DNA of 64,000 nt from Gemmatimonadota bacterium (GCA_039589315.1 JBDHHQ010000003.1:110886-174885), one strand, 5' to 3'; positions 18,235-27,916 are shown, counted from the stretch's first letter. A program made the numbers and translations. Notes: generated from the letters alone by a model not told the origin.

Positions 18235-19803
18235 ATGAGCCTGGACACGATCGTCATCGGCGCGGGGCACAACGGGCTCGTCGCGGCTGCCTATCTGGCC
18301 AGGGCCGGCCAGAAGGTCCTCGTCCTCGAGCGGCGTGACGTGCTCGGTGGCGCGGCAGCCACCGAAGCGCTCTTCCCCGGCTACCGCGTCAACACGGGCG
18401 CCCCGGACGCCGGACTGTTCCTGCCGCGGATCGTGGATGAGTTGAAGCTGCAGGCGCGCGGGCTGGAGCTGATCGAGAGCCCCGCGGCCGTCTGCGCGCT
18501 CCAGCCCGGAGGGCGGGCGCTGACGCTCTGGCGCGACGTCGCCAGGAGCCGCGACGAGATCGCCGCCTGGTCGCCCCGGGATGCAGAACGGTATCCCGAC
18601 TTCGTGGACTACATGGGCCGGATGGCGAGCGCCCTCCGCGGCACGAGCACCCTGACGCCCCCGGATCCGCACGACGGATCGGCGCGGGAGCTCCTCGGCT
18701 GGCTAAGGCCGGCTCTGCGACTCAAGGGAATGGGCCGGCGGGACATGATGGAGTTCCTTCGCATCCTGCCCATGTCCGCGGCCGAGCTGCTCGGCGACTG
18801 GTTCGAGAACGATGCGTTGAAGGGGGCGCTGGGCACCAGCGCGGTCCTGGGCAGCATGCAGGGCCCCCAGGCGTCCGGCACCGCGTTCCGGTTGCTGTAC
18901 CACTACCAGGGGGCGGAGAACGGTGGCTTCCGCTCGTCCGCCTTCGTCCGAGGCGGGATGGGCCGCCTTGCGGAGGCACTCGCCGCCGCCGCACGCGAGC
19001 ACGGCGCGGAGATTCGATCCGGAGCGAGCGTCGCTCGCGTGCTGGTGGAAGGCGACACGGCCGTCGGCGTGCGGCTCGAAACCGGGGACGAGCTCGCCGC
19101 GCGCCGCGTGGTTTCGTGCGTCGACCCCCGTCGAACCCTGCACGGGCTCCTCGGCGCTCCCGCCCTCGGACCGGAGCTCAACCGTAGAGTCGGCAACATC
19201 CGCTACCGGGGAAGCACGGCGGTCCTGCACCTGGCGTTGGACGGCCTCCCGAGCGTCCCCGGCGTGACCGGTGTGGAGCCGATCACCGCGCACATCGTCG
19301 TGAGTCCCAGCCTGGTCGATCTGGAACGGGCGTACGATGACGCCAAGTACGGGCGCTTCTCGGCCCGCCCGTGCCTCGACATGGTGATCCACACGCTTCT
19401 GGATCCCGCGCTGGCGCCGCCCGGCCGCCACACGATGTCCGCGACCGTGCGGTACGCCCCCTACGATTTGAGGGACGCGGGGTGGGACGAGCAGCGAGGC
19501 CGGTTGGCGGATACGATCCTTGGACTCCTCGACGAGTACGTCCCCGAGGTGCGCCCCCGTATCCTGCACCAGCGCCTCCTCACGCCCCTCGACTGGGAGC
19601 GAGAGTACGGGTTGACCGAGGGAGGTACCTACCACGGCCAGATGGACCTGGACCAGCTCCTGTTCATGCGACCCGTGCCCGGCTGGGGGCGGTACCGGAC
19701 TCCGGTGGCCGGGCTCTACCTGTGTGGATCGGGGACGCACCCCGGAGGCGGGGTGACGGGAGCTCCGGGCTTCAACGCGGCTCGGGAGGTGTTGCGCGAC
19801 TGA
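18235..19803 (+). CDS. FAD-dependent oxidoreductase, phytoene desaturase-like family (COG1233), paralogue 2
   Basis: DTIVIGAGHNGL, GGMGRL, LYLCGSGTHPGGGVTGAPG; clearly homologous to the upstream gene. Confidence 0.9.
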   Translation: MSLDTIVIGAGHNGLVAAAYLARAGQKVLVLERRDVLGGAAATEALFPGYRVNTGAPDAGLFLPRIVDELKLQARGLELIESPAAVCALQPGGRALTLWRDVARSRDEIAAWSPRDAERYPDFVDYMGRMASALRGTSTLTPPDPHDGSARELLGWLRPALRLKGMGRRDMMEFLRILPMSAAELLGDWFENDALKGALGTSAVLGSMQGPQASGTAFRLLYHYQGAENGGFRSSAFVRGGMGRLAEALAAAAREHGAEIRSGASVARVLVEGDTAVGVRLETGDELAARRVVSCVDPRRTLHGLLGAPALGPELNRRVGNIRYRGSTAVLHLALDGLPSVPGVTGVEPITAHIVVSPSLVDLERAYDDAKYGRFSARPCLDMVIHTLLDPALAPPGRHTMSATVRYAPYDLRDAGWDEQRGRLADTILGLLDEYVPEVRPRILHQRLLTPLDWEREYGLTEGGTYHGQMDLDQLLFMRPVPGWGRYRTPVAGLYLCGSGTHPGGGVTGAPGFNAAREVLRD

Positions 19804-19976
19804 GGACACCAACCCGCCCCCTGTCGCCCGGCACGGCACGAGGCAGCACGTGCAGTCCCCCCGCTTCGTCCGTATTGTCGGATCCGCAGCATCACGCTGC
19901 TTCGTCCGTCGCCAGGCAGGACTCCACCGTAACGAATCCAACAGGTGCAACCAGCGGGTCTGAAGAGGAGATCACC

Positions 19977-21128
19977 ATGACAGCAGCCTTCGACATGTCG
20001 TCGATCCAGCGGGGCGCGAGACTCCGGAGATCACCGTACTTCGAGGCGACGCAGCGGCACGGCTGCCTCGCGTACACGGTGTACAATCACATGTTCTTGC
20101 CCACGCGCTACGACGACCTCGAGGCGGAGTACGAGAAGCTCCTGCAGGACGTCACCGTCTGGGACGTGAGCGTGGAGCGTCAAGTGGAGATCACCGGTCC
20201 CGACGCGTTCGCCTTCACCAACCAGCTCACGCCTCGGGACCTTGGGAAATGTGAGGTCGGTCAGGGCAAATACGTGATCCTCACGGCGGAGGACGGCGGC
20301 ATCGTCAACGACCCCGTGCTGCTCCGTCTGGGAGAGAATCACTTCTGGCTCGCGCTCGCCGACAGCGACGTGCTGCTGTGGGCGAAGGGGGTCGCGCTGA
20401 ACTCGGGACTCGACGTGGACATCGGGGAGCCCGACGTCTCACCGATGCAGATTCAAGGACCCAAGTCCAAGCAGGTCGTCGCGAAGCTGTTCGGGCAGGA
20501 CGTGTTGGATCTGCGGTACTACTACTTCCTCGAAACGGATCTGGACGGGATTCCGGTCGTGGTCACCCGCACCGGCTGGAGCGGTGAGGTCGGGTACGAG
20601 ATCTACCTGCGCGACGGCAGCCGGGGCGTGGAGCTGTGGGAGAGGGTCATGGACGCTGGGCGGGAGCACGGCATCGCGCCCACCGGACCTTCGGACATCC
20701 GGCGCATCGAGGCGGGCATCCTGAACTTCGGCATCGACATCACCCTGGACACCAACCCGTTCGAGGTCGGCCTCGGCTGGCAGGTGGAGCTCGAACAGGA
20801 GGCGTCGTTCATCGGTCGCGCAGCGTTGGAGCGGATCAAGGCCGAGGGGCCGTTGCGCCGGCTGGCCGGCATCGAGATCGACGGTGAGCGCCTCGACCTC
20901 AACACGACGCGGTGGCCCGTCCAGGTGGACGAACGCGACGTGGGCTTCGTCACTTCGGCGGTGTACTCGCCGCGGCTCGGGAAGAACATCGGCTACGCCA
21001 TGCTGCCGGCCGATCGGGCCGCCCTGGGCACCCGCCTGACCGTTCGCGTCCCGGACGCGGGCGACCGGTCGGCCACGGTCGTGGCCCGGCCGTTCGTCGA
21101 TCCCGGAAAGGAGATCCCGAAGTCGTAA
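19977..21128 (+). CDS. GcvT-family THF-dependent demethylase, DmdA-like
   Basis: GAGGAG RBS; RLRRSPYF, YTVYNHMFLP, WDVSVERQVEITGPDA, NDPVLLRL, TRTGWSGEVGYEIYL, RRIEAGI. The N-terminal motifs resemble DmdA. Confidence 0.85.
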   Translation: MTAAFDMSSIQRGARLRRSPYFEATQRHGCLAYTVYNHMFLPTRYDDLEAEYEKLLQDVTVWDVSVERQVEITGPDAFAFTNQLTPRDLGKCEVGQGKYVILTAEDGGIVNDPVLLRLGENHFWLALADSDVLLWAKGVALNSGLDVDIGEPDVSPMQIQGPKSKQVVAKLFGQDVLDLRYYYFLETDLDGIPVVVTRTGWSGEVGYEIYLRDGSRGVELWERVMDAGREHGIAPTGPSDIRRIEAGILNFGIDITLDTNPFEVGLGWQVELEQEASFIGRAALERIKAEGPLRRLAGIEIDGERLDLNTTRWPVQVDERDVGFVTSAVYSPRLGKNIGYAMLPADRAALGTRLTVRVPDAGDRSATVVARPFVDPGKEIPKS

Positions 21129-21132
21129 CGGG

Positions 21133-22377
21133 CTACCGGCCCAGGAATCTCAGGCCGAGAGCGGCGGCGAGGCCCAGGCCCACCACCAGACCGGCGATCT
21201 GGAGCGCTCGCTGTCGCACGCGGCCGGAGCCCGCAGACTCGTCCGAAGCGGCCTCCGTTCTCCGGATCCCCGTTCGGGTCAGGTCGTACACCCACGCCAG
21301 GACAAGGGCGATCGGGAAGCCCGCCAGAGCCACCCACACGAGCCCGTCGAACGCCCAGTCCGGGAAAGGCAAGGAGTCCCAGACGATGCCGGCGCCCTCC
21401 AAGGTTACGAACGCCAGCCCCAGGTACGCCACCGCCACCTGGTACACCCGTCGCCGGCGCAGCTCCCACAGGAACCCCGCCACCGTGCCGGTAGGCTTGG
21501 CCGCCAGGTCCCGGTCTGTTCGTTCGCCGCGGAGCCGGCGGGCCACCGTCGACGCCGAGGGTCGGCGCTCCGCCGCCTTCGAGAGGCACGCCTCCACGAT
21601 GTCGGCCATGTCGTTGGGCACGCCGGGGCGGAGCGCGGCGAGAGACGCCGCGGGTGTCCGCAGATGCGCGCTCACGAGCTGTACGCCGGAAAGACCCGGG
21701 TAGGGACCGTCTCCGGTGATGAGCTCGTACGCCATGATGCCCAGGGCGTAGACGTCGCTCTCCTCGACCGCGGACTCACCGCGCAGCTCCTCGGGGCTGA
21801 GGTGCCGCGGATCCCCCAGTAGCTCACCGGCGCGGGTCAGGCGCGTCACGGCGGCCCCGCTGTGGACCATAACCGCCGCGAGTCCGAAGTCGGTCAGCAC
21901 GACCCGGCCGGTCCCCCGCTCCCGGATCACGTTGCCCGGCCGCACGTCCCGGTGCACGATCCCCTTGGCGTGCGCCGCCTCCAGGGCGGAGGCCACCTGC
22001 TCCAACACGTCCCGGGCAGCGACCGGGTCCATGGGGCCGGCCATCTCCAGCTCCTGGGCCAGCGTGTGCCCCTCGATGTACTCCATGACCAGATACGGCA
22101 CGCCGTCGGACAGCGCGCCCACGCGGTGGACGCCCGCTACGTTTCGGTGTTGGATGCGTGCCGAGGACCGGCCCTCTCGCTCGAACCGTTTGCGCGCCAC
22201 TTCCTCGGCGGCGAGGGACGGCAGCAGCACCTTGATGGCGACGGCCCGCTGGAGGGCACGCTCCCGGGCCAGATACACGCTGGCTTGATCGCCTTCGCCC
22301 AGAATCCTCTCGATGTCGAACTCGGCACCGAGCTCCTGGGTCAGGCGTTCGTCGAGCGGTGATGGGCTATCGGTCAT
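21133..22377 (-). CDS. Membrane-anchored Hanks-type Ser/Thr protein kinase
   Basis: VAIK, RFERE, HRDVRPGN, LTDFG, SPE, DVYALG; C-terminal LRRRRVYQVAVAY followed by 3 TM helices. Confidence 0.9.
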   Translation of the reverse strand: MTDSPSPLDERLTQELGAEFDIERILGEGDQASVYLARERALQRAVAIKVLLPSLAAEEVARKRFEREGRSSARIQHRNVAGVHRVGALSDGVPYLVMEYIEGHTLAQELEMAGPMDPVAARDVLEQVASALEAAHAKGIVHRDVRPGNVIRERGTGRVVLTDFGLAAVMVHSGAAVTRLTRAGELLGDPRHLSPEELRGESAVEESDVYALGIMAYELITGDGPYPGLSGVQLVSAHLRTPAASLAALRPGVPNDMADIVEACLSKAAERRPSASTVARRLRGERTDRDLAAKPTGTVAGFLWELRRRRVYQVAVAYLGLAFVTLEGAGIVWDSLPFPDWAFDGLVWVALAGFPIALVLAWVYDLTRTGIRRTEAASDESAGSGRVRQRALQIAGLVVGLGLAAALGLRFLGR

Positions 22378-22429
22378 GGCGCCTCGGGGGCCGGGGACGG
22401 AGGGAACTTGCCGATCCTGCCCGCCACGT

Positions 22430-22984
22430 TCAAGAGCGGGCCACGGGCGAGCGACGGACAGGCCCCAGGTATCGGTCGAGCCAGTCCAGCGTCTCACGGA
22501 CGATGCCCGTGCCCTGCGGGACGTGTCCCCCGTTGAACAGCACGTGCCTCTTGTCCTCGGCGGGTGTGCCCAGCATGTCGCACAGCGGCTTCTGTCCGGT
22601 CTCGACGGGCAGCGCGTAGTCTCCTCGGCCATTGATCATCAACACGGGTGTCGTGACCCGGGGCTCGTAGTTCCAGGGTACGACGAAGGGCTGCTCGTGC
22701 TGCATGTGCGTCGCGTCGTACCCACCCCCCACCCAGACCGCGGCCTTGAATCGTCGCTCGATGGCCAGCCTGTAGGAACCGTGTTCGGAGCCGGCGCTGA
22801 GCCCGAGGCAGGCCAGCCGCTCCCCGTCGATGTCGTCACGCTCCATCAGGTGGTCCACCGTCCGGCTCAGATCCTGGTTGTGCCGGATCTTCCTTTGCCT
22901 CCGCTCAGCAGGTCCCCGGGAGCCCATCCCTCCCCCGCCGAGCTTCACGAGGATCTCGTAGTGGGAGACGGTTTGGCCAATCAT
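22430..22984 (-). pseudogene. Probable internal-deletion remnant: kinase N-terminal 21 aa joined to the C-terminal part of an alpha/beta hydrolase
   Basis: MIGQTVSHYEILVKLGGGGMG (kinase subdomain I) is followed abruptly by DLSRTVDHL..DIDGERLACLGLSAG..NGRGD..GGH (dienelactone hydrolase-like). Confidence 0.7.
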
Positions 22985-23083
22985 GCACCTGGGAGTCGGG
23001 GGCCAGCCAGCGCCGGGAGGGGGCCGGGGCGCTCAACCAGGAAGATGCTCGCCATCGGTGAGAGCCGGCAAGAAACAGATCCC

Positions 23084-23707
23084 CTAGTGGCCGTCCTTGC
23101 GTCGCACCTTCACCGCCACCGAAGCCAGCTGCACGTGGACCCTGGTCTCCCCCAGATCCCTCCGACCCGAATCGCCCCACACGGTCCACCGGGCCACAAG
23201 CCCGTTGTTGGTGGTGTTTTGGCAGATGTCGCTCGGATGACTTCGGCACAGCCCTTCGTGCTGGGCCCGGTCGCTGGCGACGACCTCCGGGGTCAGGCTG
23301 ACCTTCGTCTTTCCCTTGATCAGGAGAGACGTGGAGTCGGCGACGGACAACTGGAGCTGGGGCAGCTCGCTGATCTTCCATCCGTCCTCTGCGGTGAACA
23401 GCACGAGCGTATCGGCGCCGGCGATCCAGGTGGAGTCCGGGATCGTCTCGACCGCGATCATCTCCAAATCGACGACGAGCGCCGTGCTGTCTTCGGTCAA
23501 CCGCCTGGCCGCCGTGAGCCACACCGAAACGGCGTTCCCGTCGAACTCCATGTCGCCGCGAACGCTGTCGGGCGGAACGAAGGTGCCGGCGATGGGCGGG
23601 ATCTGGCACTGTCGGGTGCGGGTGCCGTCCGAGCACGACGCCAATTGGGCTCCCAGGGGAGGCGCCAGAAGCGTCGCCAGACACCAGGCCACGAAAGCTC
23701 TCTGCAT
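23084..23707 (-). CDS. Hypothetical secreted protein
   Basis: GAGGAGG RBS; signal peptide MQRAFVAWCLATLLAPPLGA; beta-rich mature region with two Cys pairs. Confidence 0.7.
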   Translation of the reverse strand: MQRAFVAWCLATLLAPPLGAQLASCSDGTRTRQCQIPPIAGTFVPPDSVRGDMEFDGNAVSVWLTAARRLTEDSTALVVDLEMIAVETIPDSTWIAGADTLVLFTAEDGWKISELPQLQLSVADSTSLLIKGKTKVSLTPEVVASDRAQHEGLCRSHPSDICQNTTNNGLVARWTVWGDSGRRDLGETRVHVQLASVAVKVRRKDGH

Positions 23708-24219
23708 GATGAACCTCCTCGAGCCACGACGAGCGTCGCCGTGGCAGGCGACTGCGGGAGCCAGACCGCCAGAGCATCGGGGTGTGGAAGGATTCATCCG
23801 TTTACACACCCGCGTCAAGTGCGCAGCACTGGATACGTCATCGCGTTTCCTTCGCCATATGCCTTTGCACCGTTGGGATCAGGGACGACTCGCCTCATCC
23901 GTCCGCAACGCGCCCCGAGATCGATCTGCTCGAAGAGATTCGAAAACATGTGGCGGCGATCTGGTGCTGGCCGCAGTCCGCTCGAGGCGGGGCCGCATAG
24001 GCCAGATGACGAGAGGGCGCCCCATCCCACACGCCGCAGAGGTCGGGGCCGGCGGCGAGGGCGAGGTAGGCCGAGCGGTCGACGGCGGCACCGAAGGACG
24101 GCGGCGTTGCAAAGGGCGGGTCTGGTCCCGGAGATTGGGCGGGCCAGAGGTCGTCGACGCGACCGTCCCCGGGGCCGACGCGTCCCGCCCAACCCTCGTG
24201 CCTTGAAGGAGTCTCGAGA

Positions 24220-25242
24220 ATGCGATCCGCACCGATTGGCCTGGCGTTCGTCACCCTCGTCCTGAGCGCTTGCGCACCGGACGACACCACGCCGCCTGCC
24301 ACCACGGAAGCGGCGGCTCCTGCGGCGGTCCCCGACCCCGACGTGGTCATCGGCGCCGACCAGACCCACAACCGGTTCAGCGCAAGGGTCCCGCCGGTGG
24401 CGACCGTCGCTTCGGGAGCCGTGGTCGAGGTCCACACGAAAGAGGCCACGGACGGACAGTTCGACCCGACGTCCACGGCCGACGACGTGGCGACGCTCGA
24501 CTTCGGCCCCATCCACCCGCTGACCGGCCCGGTGTACGTCGAAGGCGCCGAGCCGGGCGACGTCCTCGCCGTGACCCTCCTGGAGATCGAGGTGGGACCC
24601 TGGGGCTGGGCGGCCATCGCACCCGGTTTCGGCTTCCTCGCCGACCAGTTCACCGAACCCTGGCTCAGGACGTTCGAGATCCCGAAGGGCGCCACGGAGG
24701 TGCGGTTCAACGAACGGATCCGGATCCCGCTGGCGCCGTTCCCCGGCGTGATGGGCGTGGCCCCGGCCACCGACTCGCTCCTCTCCACGATTCCGCCCCG
24801 GGCCAACGGTGGAAACATGGACAACCGACACATGACGGCGGGCACCACGGTCTACTTCCCGGTCTTCGTGGAGGGGGCGCTATTCTCGGTGGGCGACACC
24901 CATGCCGCCCAGGGCGACGGGGAGGTGTCGGGCACCGCCATCGAGGCGCCCATGCGGATCCGGTACAGGGTGGAGCTGGTCAAGGGGGGCCGGCCCATCC
25001 AGGAGCCACAATACGAGACGGCGGACTTCTATGCGGTAACCGGCTTCGCCACCACGCTCGACGAGGCGGCGAGGAAGGCGGCGCTGTACATGATCGACTA
25101 CCTGACGGCAGAGCACGGCCTGACCCCGGAGGAGGCCTACGTTCTCGCCTCCCTCGCCGCCGATCTGAAGATCTCCGAGGTCGTCGATGTCCCCCACGTG
25201 CTCGTGAGCATGCACATGCCGAAGGCCGTGCTGGGTACCTGA
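24220..25242 (+). CDS. Acetamidase/formamidase family protein (lipoprotein)
   Basis: Lipobox LSAC; HPLTGPVYVEGAEPGD, GGNMD, GDTHAAQGDGEVSGTAIE. Confidence 0.9.
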   Translation: MRSAPIGLAFVTLVLSACAPDDTTPPATTEAAAPAAVPDPDVVIGADQTHNRFSARVPPVATVASGAVVEVHTKEATDGQFDPTSTADDVATLDFGPIHPLTGPVYVEGAEPGDVLAVTLLEIEVGPWGWAAIAPGFGFLADQFTEPWLRTFEIPKGATEVRFNERIRIPLAPFPGVMGVAPATDSLLSTIPPRANGGNMDNRHMTAGTTVYFPVFVEGALFSVGDTHAAQGDGEVSGTAIEAPMRIRYRVELVKGGRPIQEPQYETADFYAVTGFATTLDEAARKAALYMIDYLTAEHGLTPEEAYVLASLAADLKISEVVDVPHVLVSMHMPKAVLGT

Positions 25243-25284
25243 GTCGGGAGCCGGGACACCGTCACCGGCATCCGTGGTCGCGCG

Positions 25285-26019
25285 CTACAACTCTCTCCGT
25301 ACGCGAGTGGCCGCCATGGCCAGCAGGCGGTGCACCTCGATGAGGATGGCGTCGTCGTAGGCATTGTAGTCGATGAGCGGGTTCTCCCACGACATGTCGC
25401 GGAAGACCTCCCCGATCACCTTCGCGGTGATCACGAGCGCAGGCTGCCGCTCGTGGAACTCTTCCGTCTCTTCCACCGTGGCCTGTCTGAGGGCGCAGTA
25501 CAGCGTCCACGTCCGAGCGACGTCGGGACATCGCCGGCCCTGCGAGCGATCCCATACCAGCTCGTCGCTCAGGATTCCGGCCGTGCGCTCGATGATGGCG
25601 AGATCCTCATGCGTCGGAGGCGCGTCCTCGTCGAACTGGAACCAGAAGCTCAGGTCCACGCCCTCGACGACGGCGTCCTCGACCAGGACCCACGCCACCT
25701 GGGTCTTCATGACGGGTGCGGGGTCGGGCTCGTAGGGGGAGCTCTCGACCTCGACGCCGAGCCGAGGCCAGCCCGGTATCTGCAGGGCCCCAATCCACGT
25801 CACGTCCACGGGAACAGCCATGGGAGCGTCGCCTCCCACGACCGGCTCGTCGGGCGTGAGCTGCAGGGTCCCACGCCCCTCGTCGAATCCGCGGCAGTCC
25901 CCCTGGAAGCTACCGTCGGCCTGCCCGGCCAGCTCGCACTGGACCCGCTGGGCGGGGAGATGCGAAGGGCCAGAGAGGCCCCCGCCCCAGAGGGTGGCGA
26001 GGATCAGCAGCTGTCTCAT
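25285..26019 (-). CDS. Hypothetical secreted protein
   Basis: Signal peptide after a GGGGAG RBS; lies directly downstream of ggt; C-terminal helical domain (WDR...C...WTLYCAL...DYN). Confidence 0.7.
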   Translation of the reverse strand: MRQLLILATLWGGGLSGPSHLPAQRVQCELAGQADGSFQGDCRGFDEGRGTLQLTPDEPVVGGDAPMAVPVDVTWIGALQIPGWPRLGVEVESSPYEPDPAPVMKTQVAWVLVEDAVVEGVDLSFWFQFDEDAPPTHEDLAIIERTAGILSDELVWDRSQGRRCPDVARTWTLYCALRQATVEETEEFHERQPALVITAKVIGEVFRDMSWENPLIDYNAYDDAILIEVHRLLAMAATRVRREL

Positions 26020-26041
26020 TAGAGCTCCCCGGCGGGCAGAC

Positions 26042-27916
26042 CTACCACGCGATGCCGTAGTCGTCACCGTGGTGGCTCGAGCCGCCCCAGAAGCTCCCAT
26101 GCTCCCAGTCGAAGAATAGGGCGTTGATGGGGCCGGAGGTTCGCTCCCGGAAGGTCAGGTCGTAGCCCATGGCCCCGAGCTCCTTCACGACCCAGGGTGG
26201 CGTCTGCTCCTGCACCAGCATCCGGCCGGGGCTGGACTCGTGATCCCCGAACGATCCACGAAGCTGAAAGGTGTTCATGTTGGCCGCTTCCACGGCCTCC
26301 TGAACGTTCATGTCGAACTCGACGACGTTCAGGAAGAACTGCAGCAGGTTCTGGTCCTGCCCGTCGCCGCCCTGGACGGCGAAGGACAGGAAGGGCTTGC
26401 CGTCCCTGAGCGCCATGCTCGGCGTCAAGGTGGCCCGGGGGCGCTTGCCCGGCTCGATCACGTTGTAGGGGTTCTCACGCTCGTCCAGGACGAAGCTCTG
26501 CGCACGTTGACTGAGACCCACACCCGTCTCTCCCGCGATCACCGCCGGGATCCACCCACCCGAGGGAGTCACCGAAACCACCCAACCCTCGGTGTCGGCC
26601 GCCTGGATGGACGTCGTGCCGGCGTAGAAGGCGTTCTCGAAGTCCTGCACCTCTTCGGGGCTGGCCTCCGGCGTGACGATGCGGTCCGTGCGCCAACCCT
26701 CGAGGAAGCGCTGGAACGGGTTCGTCCCGCCCTGGAAGGGGTAGGGATCGCCCGGCCCGATCTCCGGGTCGTTCCGCTCCCAGTCGATCTGCTGGATCCG
26801 CAGCTTGGCGTAGTCCTTCGAGAGGAGGCCCTGGATGGGCTCCTCCGGGGGAAAGTAGGGATCTCCGTAGTAGAAGTCCCGATCCGCGAAGGCCAGGTTC
26901 ATGACCTGGTAGAGGGTGTGGAGATAACGCGAACTGTTATACCCCATGCCCTTGAGATCGAAGTTCTCGAGCATGTTCAGAGCCTGGAGCAGAACGGGTC
27001 CCTGAACCCAGGTCGTCAGCTTGTAGACCTCGATGTCCTTGTAGGTCGTCATCACCGGCTCTTCGATGTAGACCTGCCAGTTGTCGAGGTCCTCCATGGT
27101 GATCAGGGCGCCGGCTTCCCGGGCTCCCCGGACGAACGCCTCGGCGATGTCGCCCCGGTAGAAGCGGTCGTAGGCCGCGTAGATGGCCTCCTTCCGGGCT
27201 TTGCCCGCCGCCAGCGCTCGTGCCTCGGCCTCCACTAGGCTCGCGAGCGTTCGGGCCAGGTCGGGCTGCCGGAAGATCTCTCCCTCTCGGGGGCCCGGGT
27301 GGTCGGGGTCGTCGGGGTGCGTGAGATAGACCCTGGCGGAGGTTGGCCACTCCCGGATCTCGTCCGCGCTGCTGTTGATGCGCCGTATGGGATCGGCCTC
27401 CATGGGATACCCCTCGGCCAGCTGGATCGCCGGACCCAGCACGTCGGCGAGGCGCAGCGTCCCGTACTCGGCCAACATGGTCATGAGGCCCCCGGGCGTA
27501 CCCGGGGTGACGGCCGACAGGGGACCGGAGCTCGGCGGGTACGCGTGTCCCTTCTCCTCGTAGAAGTCGACTGTGGCACCGCTGGGAGCCACGCCCAGGG
27601 CGTTGATGCCGATCACCTTCCTCTCGCCCGGGTGGTAGATCAGCGCCTGGGTCTCACCGCCCCAGCTGAGCACGTCCCACATGGTGGCGGTGGCGGCCAG
27701 CATGGCAGCGGCCGCATCGACGGCGTTGCCGCCCTTCTGAAACATCATGGCTCCGGCCGTGGCGCCGAGGGGCTTGCCGGTGATGGCCATCCAGTGGCTG
27801 CCGTGGAGGACGGGCTTGGCGGTGCGTTGCGCCGCGGCATCGACCGGAACGGCCAGCGTGACCACCGTTGCCAAAACCAGGCCTCCCAGGGCCGCGAGCG
27901 GACGAGCGTTGTTCAT
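26042..27916 (-). CDS. ggt: Gamma-glutamyltransferase family protein (Ntn hydrolase), exported
   Basis: GGNAVDAA, TPG, FYRGDIA, AFADRD, autoprocessing Thr in GTTSIQAAD, PGKRPR, QGGDGQDQ. Confidence 0.9.
   Translation of the reverse strand: MNNARPLAALGGLVLATVVTLAVPVDAAAQRTAKPVLHGSHWMAITGKPLGATAGAMMFQKGGNAVDAAAAMLAATATMWDVLSWGGETQALIYHPGERKVIGINALGVAPSGATVDFYEEKGHAYPPSSGPLSAVTPGTPGGLMTMLAEYGTLRLADVLGPAIQLAEGYPMEADPIRRINSSADEIREWPTSARVYLTHPDDPDHPGPREGEIFRQPDLARTLASLVEAEARALAAGKARKEAIYAAYDRFYRGDIAEAFVRGAREAGALITMEDLDNWQVYIEEPVMTTYKDIEVYKLTTWVQGPVLLQALNMLENFDLKGMGYNSSRYLHTLYQVMNLAFADRDFYYGDPYFPPEEPIQGLLSKDYAKLRIQQIDWERNDPEIGPGDPYPFQGGTNPFQRFLEGWRTDRIVTPEASPEEVQDFENAFYAGTTSIQAADTEGWVVSVTPSGGWIPAVIAGETGVGLSQRAQSFVLDERENPYNVIEPGKRPRATLTPSMALRDGKPFLSFAVQGGDGQDQNLLQFFLNVVEFDMNVQEAVEAANMNTFQLRGSFGDHESSPGRMLVQEQTPPWVVKELGAMGYDLTFRERTSGPINALFFDWEHGSFWGGSSHHGDDYGIAW

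Noticed and set aside
16623..19803. Carotenoid biosynthesis (crtI-like) cluster
   Set aside because: No crtB/crtE/crtY in the window, and the genes are tightly coupled to GcvT-like genes.
19977..21128. Firm dmdA (DMSP demethylase) or gcvT assignment
   Set aside because: The motifs are DmdA-like, but no dmdB/C/D or gcvH/P genes are nearby and substrate cannot be read from motifs; a phylogeny is needed.
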